Part shown: one piece after another, positions 31,742 through 40,955 of the stretch
How positions within the stretch are numbered: position 1 is the first letter of the stretch
Layout: the number at the start of each line of letters is the position of its first letter
NCBI GenBank assembly: GCA_964433785.1
Contig: CAYSTL010000002.1
Coordinates: 2,193 to 66,192 of the forward strand
Direction: 5' to 3'
From: an uncultured Thermoplasmata archaeon
GTDB taxonomy: Archaea > Thermoplasmatota > Thermoplasmata > Halarchaeoplasmatales > Halarchaeoplasmataceae
Length of the DNA: 64,000 nt
Made by a program: the position numbers and the translations under genes
The notes under the pieces: model-generated
Database searches by the model: none
What the model was told of the DNA's origin: nothing
What the model saw: the letters and a program-made list of their open reading frames with translations, nothing else

Positions 31742-33034
31742 TTAGTATTTATCCAGGAACGAGAATCTCTCGTGAGCTGGCATGCCTTCGTCAAAACAGT
31801 AGTGTATTTCGTTGAAGTCTTTTCTGAATGCCGTCACATCTTGTTTGACCGATTCTGGATCCTCTTTGTCCATGACGATCCTCTTGATGAATTCAGCGAC
31901 TTCATCCATCTCATTCTCTTTCATTCCCAATCTTGTCAGTTCCTGAGCACCTAATCTAATACCGCTTGGTTCCTGAGCACTGTCAACGTCATCCCATGGT
32001 AGCAGGTTCTTATTAGCGATCATGTTGGCTTCTTCCATAGCTTCGACCAACGTTTCACCGCCGCCTTCATCCAAGACATCCACTGCTATAGTATGTGATG
32101 CTGTGAATCCTTTATGCTCACAAAGTACATCAAATCCTCTTTCGTGGAGTGCCTGTCCAAGTGCCTGTGCATTACTGATTATCTGATCGGCATAATCTTT
32201 ACCGAATTTCATGTGTTCAGCCAATGATACTCCCAACGCGGCCATCGTGTGAAGATGATGGTTTGAAAGAACTCCTGGGAATACACCATATTTTAGTTTT
32301 TCCTGTGTCTCTTCATCCCTAGGATTTGCTAGAAGGATACCTCTTTGAGGACCTGGGAGTGTTTTATGTGTGCTACCGGTCATTATCTCTGCACCTTCCT
32401 CCAAAGGCTGTTGGAACCTTCCAGCACCGATCAGACCTAGGACATGAGCTCCGTCATACCAAACGTGACATCCGACCTCATCAAACGTATCTTTCAATTC
32501 TTCAAGTGGTGGAGGGAATAAAAATACAGATTGTCCAAATAAAGCGATATCAGGCTCCTCTTCTAACAACAGTTCTTTTGTACCTTCAAGATCGATATTC
32601 ATCTCATCTACATTGAAAGGATAGGTCTTCGGTTCCATCCCTCTGAATCCGACTGAACCAAAAACAGCACTACTTATGTGTGCACCATCTGAAACATCTA
32701 CAGATGTTATCGATTTATCTGGTCCGCCTAAAGCCATTAGGACCGCTTGATTAGCGTTTGTACCAGAAATAGGTCTGACATCAGCGTAATCTGCACCAAA
32801 TAATTCTCTTGCTAGCTCCTGTACCTTCAATTCGATCTTATCAACATAAATATTTCCTTGATAATATCTGTTACCAGGTGTACCCTCGGCATATCTATCC
32901 TGTAAATCCGACAGCAACAGTTCCCTGGCCATTGGACTGATGATATTTTCCGATGCGATCATCGGTAGTGAATTCGAGAACCATTCATGGTGTTTCTTCA
33001 CCTGTTCATATATATATTCTGCGTCTTTCTTCAT
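31742..33034 (-). CDS. glyA: Serine hydroxymethyltransferase
   Basis: 430 aa. 'MIASENIISP...RYYxG', the PLP-lysine region 'TGSTHKTLPGPQRG' and overall collinearity with SHMT. Confidence 0.9.
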   Translation of the reverse strand: MKKDAEYIYEQVKKHHEWFSNSLPMIASENIISPMARELLLSDLQDRYAEGTPGNRYYQGNIYVDKIELKVQELARELFGADYADVRPISGTNANQAVLMALGGPDKSITSVDVSDGAHISSAVFGSVGFRGMEPKTYPFNVDEMNIDLEGTKELLLEEEPDIALFGQSVFLFPPPLEELKDTFDEVGCHVWYDGAHVLGLIGAGRFQQPLEEGAEIMTGSTHKTLPGPQRGILLANPRDEETQEKLKYGVFPGVLSNHHLHTMAALGVSLAEHMKFGKDYADQIISNAQALGQALHERGFDVLCEHKGFTASHTIAVDVLDEGGGETLVEAMEEANMIANKNLLPWDDVDSAQEPSGIRLGAQELTRLGMKENEMDEVAEFIKRIVMDKEDPESVKQDVTAFRKDFNEIHYCFDEGMPAHERFSFLDKY

Positions 33035-33228
33035 ATAAACACCTTGAAATTCTTATTAAACACTCATTATTAAACCATTTTGTCTATCATGATTTCAAAA
33101 ATATGATTTATCAAGACAATTTTTTTATAACTTCTAAACACTTATCTTATTGTTGGAGGACAAAATTGAGTTATAAGTGAATATCTTGTTCTTCAACATC
33201 TGACGTAATTTCAGGATGGCGAAATAAA

Positions 33229-34383
33229 ATGGCGCGAATAGATGATTTTAGAGTTAAGGACATTATGAGTAAAGAAGTGATCACCGCGGAACCAAAAGAT
33301 ACTGTTTCTGATGCGATCGGTTTGATGAAGAAACATAATATTTCAGAGATACCAATAATAGAAGATGGGGAAATAATCGGCCTGATAAGCGATGAAAAGT
33401 TTATCGAAAGAAGACATCTACCATTTTCTACAAAATTAGAACACGTGATGAGTAAACCCCCTAAAATAAACGAGAACGATTCTATTGTTGAACTTTGTGA
33501 GATGCTCCTTTCTTCAGGATATAGGGGTCTACCTGTCAGTGCCGGAAATAGTGATCTGGTCGGTTTTGTTTCCAGGACAGACATCGTATCGATAATACCA
33601 GAGATCGATGAATTAGCAGATATAGATGTAAACGATGTTATGACTCCTTCCCCAACCACAGTGACCGAAAGGGAAGGTATCGCTAAAGCAAAATCATTGA
33701 TGAAAAAGCTTGATGAAAGGGTATTACCCGTAGTAGATAAACACGGCCATCTAAGTGGGATGATCGGTGTTAAAGATATAGTAAACGGGGGTTCATGGCC
33801 AATAGAGAGGGAAGAAAAAGGTGAAAGAAGAGGTGAACGTGATTCACCATACGATAATTTGGAGATCCTAAGTTTGATGAACAAACCACCTGTTAAAATA
33901 ACTCCGAATGAAACTGTAAAAAAAGCAGCCGATAAAATGAATGAATATGATATATCGACATTAGTAGCTGCAGAAAATGGCAATGTAAAAGGGATAATAA
34001 CACAATATGACTTGGTGGAACTGATAACAACCTTTAGAGAAGCTGAGCAAGTCTATGTCCAGATAACTGGACTTGAAGCTTCTCCAGAGATGTACGACCA
34101 GATGTATGATTTAGTTCAAAAATATCTGAGCAAAATTAACAATGTTCTGAAACCACTGGTTCTGAACATACATGTCGTCACCCATAAAAAGGAAGGCAAT
34201 GAAACAAAATATAGTATCAGGTTGAGGCTCAACACCGATTACGGTATGTTCTACGCTAATAAATACGACTGGAATATAATGAAAGCCCTCGATGATTCAC
34301 TTGAGAGTGTCAGGAAGAAGGTGTTCCAGGAGAAAGAGAAATGGGTAGCAAATAAAAAGCATCCAAAATATATAGGAAAATAG
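33229..34383 (+). CDS. CBS-domain protein with two CBS pairs and a C-terminal domain of unknown function
   Basis: Four CBS repeats ('DIMSKEVITAEP...', 'VMSKPPKINE...', 'VMTPSPTTV...', 'LMNKPPVKIT...'). The C-terminal ~110 aa are unassigned. Confidence 0.75.
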   Translation: MARIDDFRVKDIMSKEVITAEPKDTVSDAIGLMKKHNISEIPIIEDGEIIGLISDEKFIERRHLPFSTKLEHVMSKPPKINENDSIVELCEMLLSSGYRGLPVSAGNSDLVGFVSRTDIVSIIPEIDELADIDVNDVMTPSPTTVTEREGIAKAKSLMKKLDERVLPVVDKHGHLSGMIGVKDIVNGGSWPIEREEKGERRGERDSPYDNLEILSLMNKPPVKITPNETVKKAADKMNEYDISTLVAAENGNVKGIITQYDLVELITTFREAEQVYVQITGLEASPEMYDQMYDLVQKYLSKINNVLKPLVLNIHVVTHKKEGNETKYSIRLRLNTDYGMFYANKYDWNIMKALDDSLESVRKKVFQEKEKWVANKKHPKYIGK

Positions 34384-34424
34384 GTGTTTTATAACACCTT
34401 TTTCAATTTTTTTATGGAAATTCT

Positions 34425-35090
34425 ATGACTTATGCAGCTTTATATTCTGGAGGAAAGGACTCTACTTTAGCATTATGGATGATTCAAAATGAAGGCTTTA
34501 CGGTGGATAAACTTATCACTGTTTTCCCAGAAAGAGAAGACTCATACATGTTTCATAAACCTAACATACACCTAGTTCCAGAATTGGCAGAATCGATGGA
34601 TATAGAACTGGTTGAAGTTAAGACTGAAGGTGAAAAGGAAAAGGAGCTAGAGGATTTAAGGGATGCTGTTGCTGACCTAGATATTGAAGGATTGATAACT
34701 GGGGCAGTAGCTTCTAACTATCAAAGAGAAAGGATCAAAAACATTGCAGAGGATTACGATCTGGATGTTAGATCTCCTCTTTGGGGTATGGACCAAGATA
34801 AGATCCTCGAGCTTTTGATTGAAAACAGCTTCGATACTAGGATAGTGAGTGTTGCTGCTATGGGTCTAGATGATTCATGGTTGGGTAGAAAGATCGATAA
34901 AAACTGTTTAGAAGATTTACTAAATTTGAGGGATAAATATAGGATCAACGTAGCTGGCGAGGGCGGGGAATACGAAACCCTAGTCTTGGGAGCCCCTAAC
35001 TATAGATGGAATTTTGAAATAACAGATAGAAGAAAAAAATGGGATGGAAAAAGAGGGGAAATTGAGGTTAAAGGTTTAAGAAAGGTCTAA
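34425..35090 (+). CDS. Diphthine-ammonia ligase (Dph6) / MJ0570-like PP-loop ATP pyrophosphatase
   Basis: N-terminal 'ALYSGGKDST' PP-loop and MJ0570-family collinearity. 221 aa. Confidence 0.7.
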   Translation: MTYAALYSGGKDSTLALWMIQNEGFTVDKLITVFPEREDSYMFHKPNIHLVPELAESMDIELVEVKTEGEKEKELEDLRDAVADLDIEGLITGAVASNYQRERIKNIAEDYDLDVRSPLWGMDQDKILELLIENSFDTRIVSVAAMGLDDSWLGRKIDKNCLEDLLNLRDKYRINVAGEGGEYETLVLGAPNYRWNFEITDRRKKWDGKRGEIEVKGLRKV

Positions 35091-35644
35091 TACCCTGTCC
35101 TTTCATGATCAGCAGGTTGGAAGTTTTGATGTTCTTCCCAGAACTCTGTTAAGGACAATCCTTTTGTTTCTGGTTCCTTTTTTACTTTACCTTCGAGCAT
35201 CTGTTTTTCTGCTTTTAATGATTCTGCATGGCCTTTCTCCATTATCGCAAGATACTCAAATTCAGTTGCATATTTTTCTTTTCTATCAGCTAGATGTTTG
35301 TATATCCTTCTAGCACTATTTTCATTCACTATCCCCTTCTCCAAGGAATCTATCATGTTTGCAACGTTAGTAAAATCAAATTTGGTCTCAGTAGGTGGAA
35401 GTTTTTTACCTTCAGGTACCACATAATCTTTATCACCAAATTCCTCCTCATGTATCTTTAATAAAGCATCTTTATGTACTTCTTCGTCTCTAGCTAAGCT
35501 CTGGAATCTCTCTGCCATCAATTCCCCAATTGCGTTTTCCGAGAACTCTGTATAGTATTCATTAGCGTCTATTTCTGATTTAATAGACAATCCTATCAGT
35601 TCCTTGAAACTGAATTCGTTAAGATCTACAGACATATATATCAC
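35087..35644 (-). CDS. Ferritin-like/rubrerythrin-family protein (no rubredoxin domain)
   Basis: 185 aa. Two ExxH-containing helices ('ARDEEVHKDAL', 'IMEKGHAESL') in a four-helix-bundle-like arrangement. Confidence 0.55.
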   Translation of the reverse strand: MIYMSVDLNEFSFKELIGLSIKSEIDANEYYTEFSENAIGELMAERFQSLARDEEVHKDALLKIHEEEFGDKDYVVPEGKKLPPTETKFDFTNVANMIDSLEKGIVNENSARRIYKHLADRKEKYATEFEYLAIMEKGHAESLKAEKQMLEGKVKKEPETKGLSLTEFWEEHQNFQPADHERTGY

Positions 35645-35742
35645 ATTGTTTTAGAGTCGCTCAGTTATTAATGTTTTTTCCCATTGACTATATTAATACC
35701 TGTTTGAAACGTTTCGAAAACGTATAAATAACCCTTATACAA

Positions 35743-35758
35743 TTGCATGACGGTGCAA
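35743..35758. promoter_or_regulatory. Inverted repeat TTGCA-TGACGG-TGCAA overlapping the tldD start region, with an upstream GAAACGTTTC palindrome (35706-35715)
   Basis: Read directly from the sequence. It lies 5-20 nt upstream of the tldD ATG, in the divergent region shared with the ferritin-like gene. Confidence 0.4.
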
Positions 35759-35762
35759 GTAT

Positions 35763-37202
35763 ATGGAGGAGATTGTTGAAATTGGTTTACGGGAACTAGA
35801 AGACAGAGATTTCCGATATGGTGATATTAGATTTGAAAACAATAGACAGGAATCCATAGAAGTTAAAAATGGATCAGTAGAAACAATTAGTGACTCAGAC
35901 AGTAAAGGTTATGCTATACGGATAATAGACGGAGGATGGGGATTCGCTTCATCTTCTGACCTTTCTAAGAAAGGTGTTATAAAAACTATCGATAGAGCAC
36001 AAAAGATCGCTAAAGCTTCTGCAAAAGCTTCTGGTGAGATAAATATTAAAGATATCGAGGTTCATCAGGACTCTTACACGAGTCCATATAAAAAGGACCC
36101 TTTTAAAGTATCTCTAGAAAAAAAATTAGACATTTTAACAGAAGCAGAATCTAGATTGAAGATCGACGATAAAATCAAAGTGAGCTCAGCCAACTATAGA
36201 GCATGGAAGTTCTGGAAGGAATTTGCCAGCACAGAGGGGGCAAGGATCGAACAGGAGATCGTACAGATAGGTGGCGGAATAAGTGTTAACGTTTCTGACG
36301 GAGAAGATGTGCAAACCAGAAGTTATCCAAATTCCTTCGGCGGAGATTTTCAATCTGCAGGGTTCGAGTACTTTGAAGATATGAACCTGATCGAGAATGC
36401 AGAAAGGACTGCAAAAGAAGGCGTTCAACTGTTAGATGCTGATCAGTGTCCAGAAGGAGAGATGGACATAATTCTGAATACAAATCAATTAGCGTTACAG
36501 ATCCATGAAAGCTGTGGACATCCTACTGAACTGGATAGAGTTCTTGGGACTGAAGCAAGTTATGCAGGAACGAGCTTTATGACACCGGATAAGCTTAATG
36601 AACTTCAATATGGATCAGATATCGTTCATCTAACATCCGATGCAACCGCTAAACACGGTTTAGGCACGTTTGGTTACGATGATGAAGGTGCAAAAGCCAA
36701 GAAAGTGGATCTTGTCAAAGACGGTCTTTTCGTAGGATATCAAGCTTCTAGAGAAGGTGCTTCCCAAGTGGATGTACCTGTCAGCGGTAACATGAGGGCA
36801 GATGGATGGCAGAACCTTCCACTGGTTAGGATGACGAATATAAACCTTGAACCAGGTGATTGGAACAAGCAAGAGATAATCGAGGAAACTGACAAAGGTA
36901 TATTATTCGATGGAGTCAAAAGCTGGAGTATAGACGATAAAAGACTGAACTTCCAGTTCGGCACAGAGATAGGATGGTTAGTAGAAGATGGTGAGATCAC
37001 TAAGATGATCAAGAATCCAACCTACACAGGGATCACGTATGATTTCTGGAATAAATGTGATGCTATCTCTGGAAGAGATGAATGGAAACTCCACGGAGTT
37101 CCTAACTGTGGTAAAGGAGAACCACCTCAAACTATGCGGGTTGGTCACGGATGTGCACCATCTCGATTCAAAAATATCAGAGTGGGGGTGGGAAAATGGT
37201 GA
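35763..37202 (+). CDS. tldD: TldD-family metalloprotease
   Basis: 479 aa. HExxxH motif 'HESCGHPTELDRV' and C-terminal 'GxGxxR' region of the TldD/PmbA family. First gene of the pair. Confidence 0.8.
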   Translation: MEEIVEIGLRELEDRDFRYGDIRFENNRQESIEVKNGSVETISDSDSKGYAIRIIDGGWGFASSSDLSKKGVIKTIDRAQKIAKASAKASGEINIKDIEVHQDSYTSPYKKDPFKVSLEKKLDILTEAESRLKIDDKIKVSSANYRAWKFWKEFASTEGARIEQEIVQIGGGISVNVSDGEDVQTRSYPNSFGGDFQSAGFEYFEDMNLIENAERTAKEGVQLLDADQCPEGEMDIILNTNQLALQIHESCGHPTELDRVLGTEASYAGTSFMTPDKLNELQYGSDIVHLTSDATAKHGLGTFGYDDEGAKAKKVDLVKDGLFVGYQASREGASQVDVPVSGNMRADGWQNLPLVRMTNINLEPGDWNKQEIIEETDKGILFDGVKSWSIDDKRLNFQFGTEIGWLVEDGEITKMIKNPTYTGITYDFWNKCDAISGRDEWKLHGVPNCGKGEPPQTMRVGHGCAPSRFKNIRVGVGKW

Positions 37203-38563
37203 TGCCCGATAAATACGAGGACATGGTAAAGAAGATACTGGAAAAAGTAGAAGTCGATGAGGCAGAGATCAGGCTATCAAAAGAAGATACGAGCCTGACA
37301 AGATACGCGAATTCTAGGATACATCAGAATATCGCTCAGAACGATGTGACCGTTTCTATCAGAGCTGTGAAGGGTAAGAAAGTAGGATCTGCAACGACCA
37401 ATTCGATAGATGAGGATTCCCTGACTGATTGTTTGAGAAGAGCTGAAAATATAGCTAAACATCAAAAAGAAGATCCACAATTCAAAGGATTGCCAGATCC
37501 AAAGAAAGGAAGAGGCGGAAAAGCGCCTTATGACAAAGAAACAGCTGAATACTCACCTGATGAAAGAGCTGACATAGTCAAACAGATAATAGACCATGGA
37601 AGTTCCAATGATGTAGACAGGATGTACGGAGCCTTCAAAACCGAGGAGATAGGCCTAATGATCGCCAATACAGAAGGCATTCACAAGACGAGTACTATAA
37701 CGAATGCTAATCTAACTTCCACTGCCATAGCAGATTGGGATAATGATCAAGGATTTGGTTGGAGTGAAGCCTGTTCATACAAGGTTGATAACATAGATTA
37801 CATGGATGTTGCTAGAACCGCTGTTGAGAAAGGTCTCAACAACATGAACACTGAAAGCATCGATCTGGGTGAATACACGGTAGTTCTGGAACCACTAGCA
37901 GCTCAGCTGATGCTGATGTACTTTGGATTTATGGGCTTCAGTTCGAGGTCAGTACAGGAACAGAGAAGCTTTATGAACGGTAAATTTGGTGAACAGATCG
38001 TTGACGAAAGAGTGAATATCTATGACGATGCTCTCGATGAAGACATGGTAGGCTTCCCGTTCGATTATGAAGGAGTACCAAAAGAGAGAGTAAACATAAT
38101 CAAAGACGGTGTAGCGAACGAGGTAGTTTACGATTCCTACACTGCAGGTAGAGATGAAGAAGATAAGGAATCAACAGGTCATGCACTGCCGATGCCGAGT
38201 TCACAAAGTCCCATGCCACTCAATCTCTTGATGGATAGTGGAGACTCATCGGTCGAAGAGATGATAGAAGAAACTGACAAAGGTATATTGGTGACAAGAT
38301 TCAATTACTGCAGACCTGTACATCCAGTAAAGAGTATTTTAACTGGTTTGACAAGAGATGGAACCTGGCTGATAGAAGATGGAGAAGTCACAAAACCAGT
38401 AAAGAATCTGAGATTTACGCAGAACTTACTCGAAGCCTTCGATTCAGTAGAATTGATAGGTAAGGAAAGAAAGATGTACTCTTTGGGCTACCTGCCTGGA
38501 TACATCACGGTACCTGCGATGAAGATACCAAACTTCAACTTCACGGGTACTACAGAATTCTAA
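37196..38563 (+). CDS. pmbA: PmbA/TldE-family protein (TldD partner)
   Basis: Second TldD/PmbA paralogue. ATG at 37196 overlaps the tldD stop (ATGGTGATG). The ORF-track start at 37151 is probably too far upstream. Confidence 0.75.
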   Translation: MVMPDKYEDMVKKILEKVEVDEAEIRLSKEDTSLTRYANSRIHQNIAQNDVTVSIRAVKGKKVGSATTNSIDEDSLTDCLRRAENIAKHQKEDPQFKGLPDPKKGRGGKAPYDKETAEYSPDERADIVKQIIDHGSSNDVDRMYGAFKTEEIGLMIANTEGIHKTSTITNANLTSTAIADWDNDQGFGWSEACSYKVDNIDYMDVARTAVEKGLNNMNTESIDLGEYTVVLEPLAAQLMLMYFGFMGFSSRSVQEQRSFMNGKFGEQIVDERVNIYDDALDEDMVGFPFDYEGVPKERVNIIKDGVANEVVYDSYTAGRDEEDKESTGHALPMPSSQSPMPLNLLMDSGDSSVEEMIEETDKGILVTRFNYCRPVHPVKSILTGLTRDGTWLIEDGEVTKPVKNLRFTQNLLEAFDSVELIGKERKMYSLGYLPGYITVPAMKIPNFNFTGTTEF

Positions 38564-38617
38564 AAACGATTATTTACTCCTTTCATTTTTTTTATTATAA
38601 AAAGAAAGAAAGATTTT

Positions 38618-39676
38618 TTATTCTAGAGGTAACTCTTTCATACCTTCTCTGATCAGATTGATAAGGTTCCTGACATCGTCCCAATCAGCCACCTCAACGG
38701 TTGAATGAGAGTATCTAACTGGTACTCCGATAGAAATAGTTGGGCAACCTGATTCCTGAAGAGCCATACCATCAGTAGTTCCTCCAGTTACTCCGTACTG
38801 GTATGGTATATCCTTCTCTTCAGCTACTTTTTTGAAGTGCTTTACCATCTTAGGAGTTGAGATAGCTCTCGTGTCTACCATCCTTAGAACCGGTCCTTCC
38901 CCGAACTTTATCGGCTTATAGAACTGTTCTGCACCTGGCATATCGGAAGTAGTGTAAGTGTCTAGTGCGATAACATAGTCTGGTTTGATAGTGTTGGCAA
39001 CTACTTTTGCACCTCTCAATCCTATCTCTTCCTGTACACTCCAGATGTAAGAAGGCGAAATGTCCAATTCTTCATCTTTTAGATTTTTAAGAGTTTCTAA
39101 AAGTGTGTAGGAACCTATCCTATTATCCATTCCTCTTCCTGATATCTTGTTTCCTGCAAGTCTTAGTAATTTTTTATCGAATGTAATAGGATCTGGAACG
39201 TCTATTCCGAGTTCTTTGACCTCTTCTGCTGAAGAGGCACCAACATCGACTCTTATCTTTGTCCAAGGAGTTATCTCTTCTTCCTTATCCTTATCAGTGG
39301 TGAGATGAGGTGGTTTATGACCGATCACTCCATTTATCGGTCCTTTTTCTGTATGTATGGTAACGTTCCTTCCTGGTAGTAACGCATCCATGATCCCACC
39401 GATCTTCTTTATCCTGAGGAATCCATCATCTTCTATATTGGATACTACCATTCCGATCTCGTCCATGTGAGCTACTAAGCCAACTGAAGGTCCGTCGTTT
39501 TCCTGCTCATATATCAGGTTCCCGATATTATCTTCTCTTATTTTTTCAGATTGTTCTACCTCTGCATAGTCTAAGATCAGTCCTTTCAACTTTTCTCTTA
39601 TCGGTCCTTCGTACCCAGATACTCCTGGTTCCATCAAAATTTCCTTAAATATATCTAATCCTTCTAGTTTCTTCAT
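38618..39676 (-). CDS. M42-family (TET/FrvX-like) aminopeptidase
   Basis: 352 aa. 'VSGYEGPIRE...VGLVAHMDEIGMVV' and the dimetal-ligand pattern of M42 peptidases. Confidence 0.75.
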   Translation of the reverse strand: MKKLEGLDIFKEILMEPGVSGYEGPIREKLKGLILDYAEVEQSEKIREDNIGNLIYEQENDGPSVGLVAHMDEIGMVVSNIEDDGFLRIKKIGGIMDALLPGRNVTIHTEKGPINGVIGHKPPHLTTDKDKEEEITPWTKIRVDVGASSAEEVKELGIDVPDPITFDKKLLRLAGNKISGRGMDNRIGSYTLLETLKNLKDEELDISPSYIWSVQEEIGLRGAKVVANTIKPDYVIALDTYTTSDMPGAEQFYKPIKFGEGPVLRMVDTRAISTPKMVKHFKKVAEEKDIPYQYGVTGGTTDGMALQESGCPTISIGVPVRYSHSTVEVADWDDVRNLINLIREGMKELPLE

Positions 39677-39694
39677 ATCATATCACCTAAAGTT

Positions 39695-39725
39695 AAGAGG
39701 GGGACCCCTATGTTTCAAGTGGAAA
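39695..39725 (-). promoter_or_regulatory. Conserved 31-nt element, copy 1 (read on the minus strand). It sits between the gcvT stop and the M42 peptidase start, inside a larger nested hairpin (39697-39743).
   Basis: Minus-strand sequence TTTCCACTTGAAACATAGGGGTCCCCCTCTT is 28/31 identical to plus-strand 42789-42819. GGGGTCCCC occurs only at these two places in the 64 kb outside the rRNA. Confidence 0.55.
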
Positions 39726-39752
39726 CAGTAGTCCCCCGAGGGTTTGTAAATA

Positions 39753-40856
39753 TTATTCAGTAAAAGGAGGATTCTTGACCTTTGCCTCTTTCTTCTCTCC
39801 TCTTATCTCTATCTGTACTTTGGTACCTTCTTCATGATAACCAGGATCAAGATATCCCATCGCGATTCCTTTTTCTAAAATAGGTGAATTATTACCGCTA
39901 GTCACAACACCTATCTTTTCATCTCCATCATAGATATCATATCCATGCCTTGGGATGCCTTTTTCCATCATGACCATACCTTTGAGCATCTGATGGTCTG
40001 ATTCCTTTAACTCTTTTTGTTTCTCTTTACCTATGAAATCATTATCCCAATCTATAGTCTGTTCTTCCCATCCTGTCTCTATCGTAGTCCTGTTTTCATC
40101 GAAATCCTGTCCGGACAGTAGGAATCCAAATTCTAATCTTAAAGTGTCTCTAGAACCCAAACCACATCTTGTTGGTGGATTCTCAAGATCCATAAACTGT
40201 TCCCAGAGTACTTTTCCTGCTTCATTAGGAAGTGCTATCTCGAAGCCGTCTTCCCCGGTATAACCGCTTCTTTGTACTACTGGTTTATCGGACATGGACC
40301 ATCCTTCATCGAAAGCGTCCATAACTTCGTCATTTATCCTCATCTTCTTCCCTCTAAAGAAGCCTATATCGGATACGTCTTCCTCGCATACTTCTGATAA
40401 TATCTCCTCTGCATCAGGACCTTGAAGTGCGAACATAGCTGTTTCATCTGTTATGTCCTCGATGTATTCTTCTCCTCCTCTTTTTGCTAAAAAGTCATAG
40501 ACTTCCTCGTTATTACCAGCGTTAGGTACTATGTAACATGAATCTTCTGATAATCTATTAACGAGCGTATCATCGATTATTCCTCCATCCTCATTGAGTA
40601 TATGTGCATACTTGATCTGTCCTATTTCAGATTCTGTAATATCTTGGGTACAGTGATTACTCATGAACTCTAATGCTCCATCTCCTTCTAACAGAATCTC
40701 TCCCATATGAGATACATCAAAAATACCAGCTTCTTCTCTTACTGCCATATGCTCTTTTATGATTCCTTCGAACTTTAAAGGCATCTCATAACCGCCAAAA
40801 TCTGTCATCTTTGCTCCTGCTTCTACATGATTCGAGTGAAGGGCTGTTTCTTTCAT
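39753..40856 (-). CDS. gcvT: Glycine cleavage system T protein (aminomethyltransferase)
   Basis: 367 aa. 'HVEAGAKMTDFGGYEMPLKFEGIIKEHMAVREEAGIFDVSHMGE' is the canonical GcvT N-terminus. Confidence 0.9.
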   Translation of the reverse strand: MKETALHSNHVEAGAKMTDFGGYEMPLKFEGIIKEHMAVREEAGIFDVSHMGEILLEGDGALEFMSNHCTQDITESEIGQIKYAHILNEDGGIIDDTLVNRLSEDSCYIVPNAGNNEEVYDFLAKRGGEEYIEDITDETAMFALQGPDAEEILSEVCEEDVSDIGFFRGKKMRINDEVMDAFDEGWSMSDKPVVQRSGYTGEDGFEIALPNEAGKVLWEQFMDLENPPTRCGLGSRDTLRLEFGFLLSGQDFDENRTTIETGWEEQTIDWDNDFIGKEKQKELKESDHQMLKGMVMMEKGIPRHGYDIYDGDEKIGVVTSGNNSPILEKGIAMGYLDPGYHEEGTKVQIEIRGEKKEAKVKNPPFTE

Positions 40857-40955
40857 ATTTCCGGTATATTTTAGTGGTTTAAAGTTTTTATCTTTTAAAG
40901 ATAGATTGTAGGTAAGGTTTATTACGTTAGTTCTTATTTCTAAAGAAGGGATAAT

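Noticed and set aside
33171-33983. 270-aa minus-strand ORF
   Set aside because: It is entirely antisense to the well-supported CBS-domain gene (33229..34383+) and its translation is low-complexity Ser/Ile-rich. It is a shadow ORF.
39697-39743. Interpreting the nested hairpin as a tRNA-like or known riboswitch element
   Set aside because: There is no cloverleaf and the region is only about 50 nt. No resemblance to any riboswitch class I can recall. It is retained as an unclassified conserved element instead.
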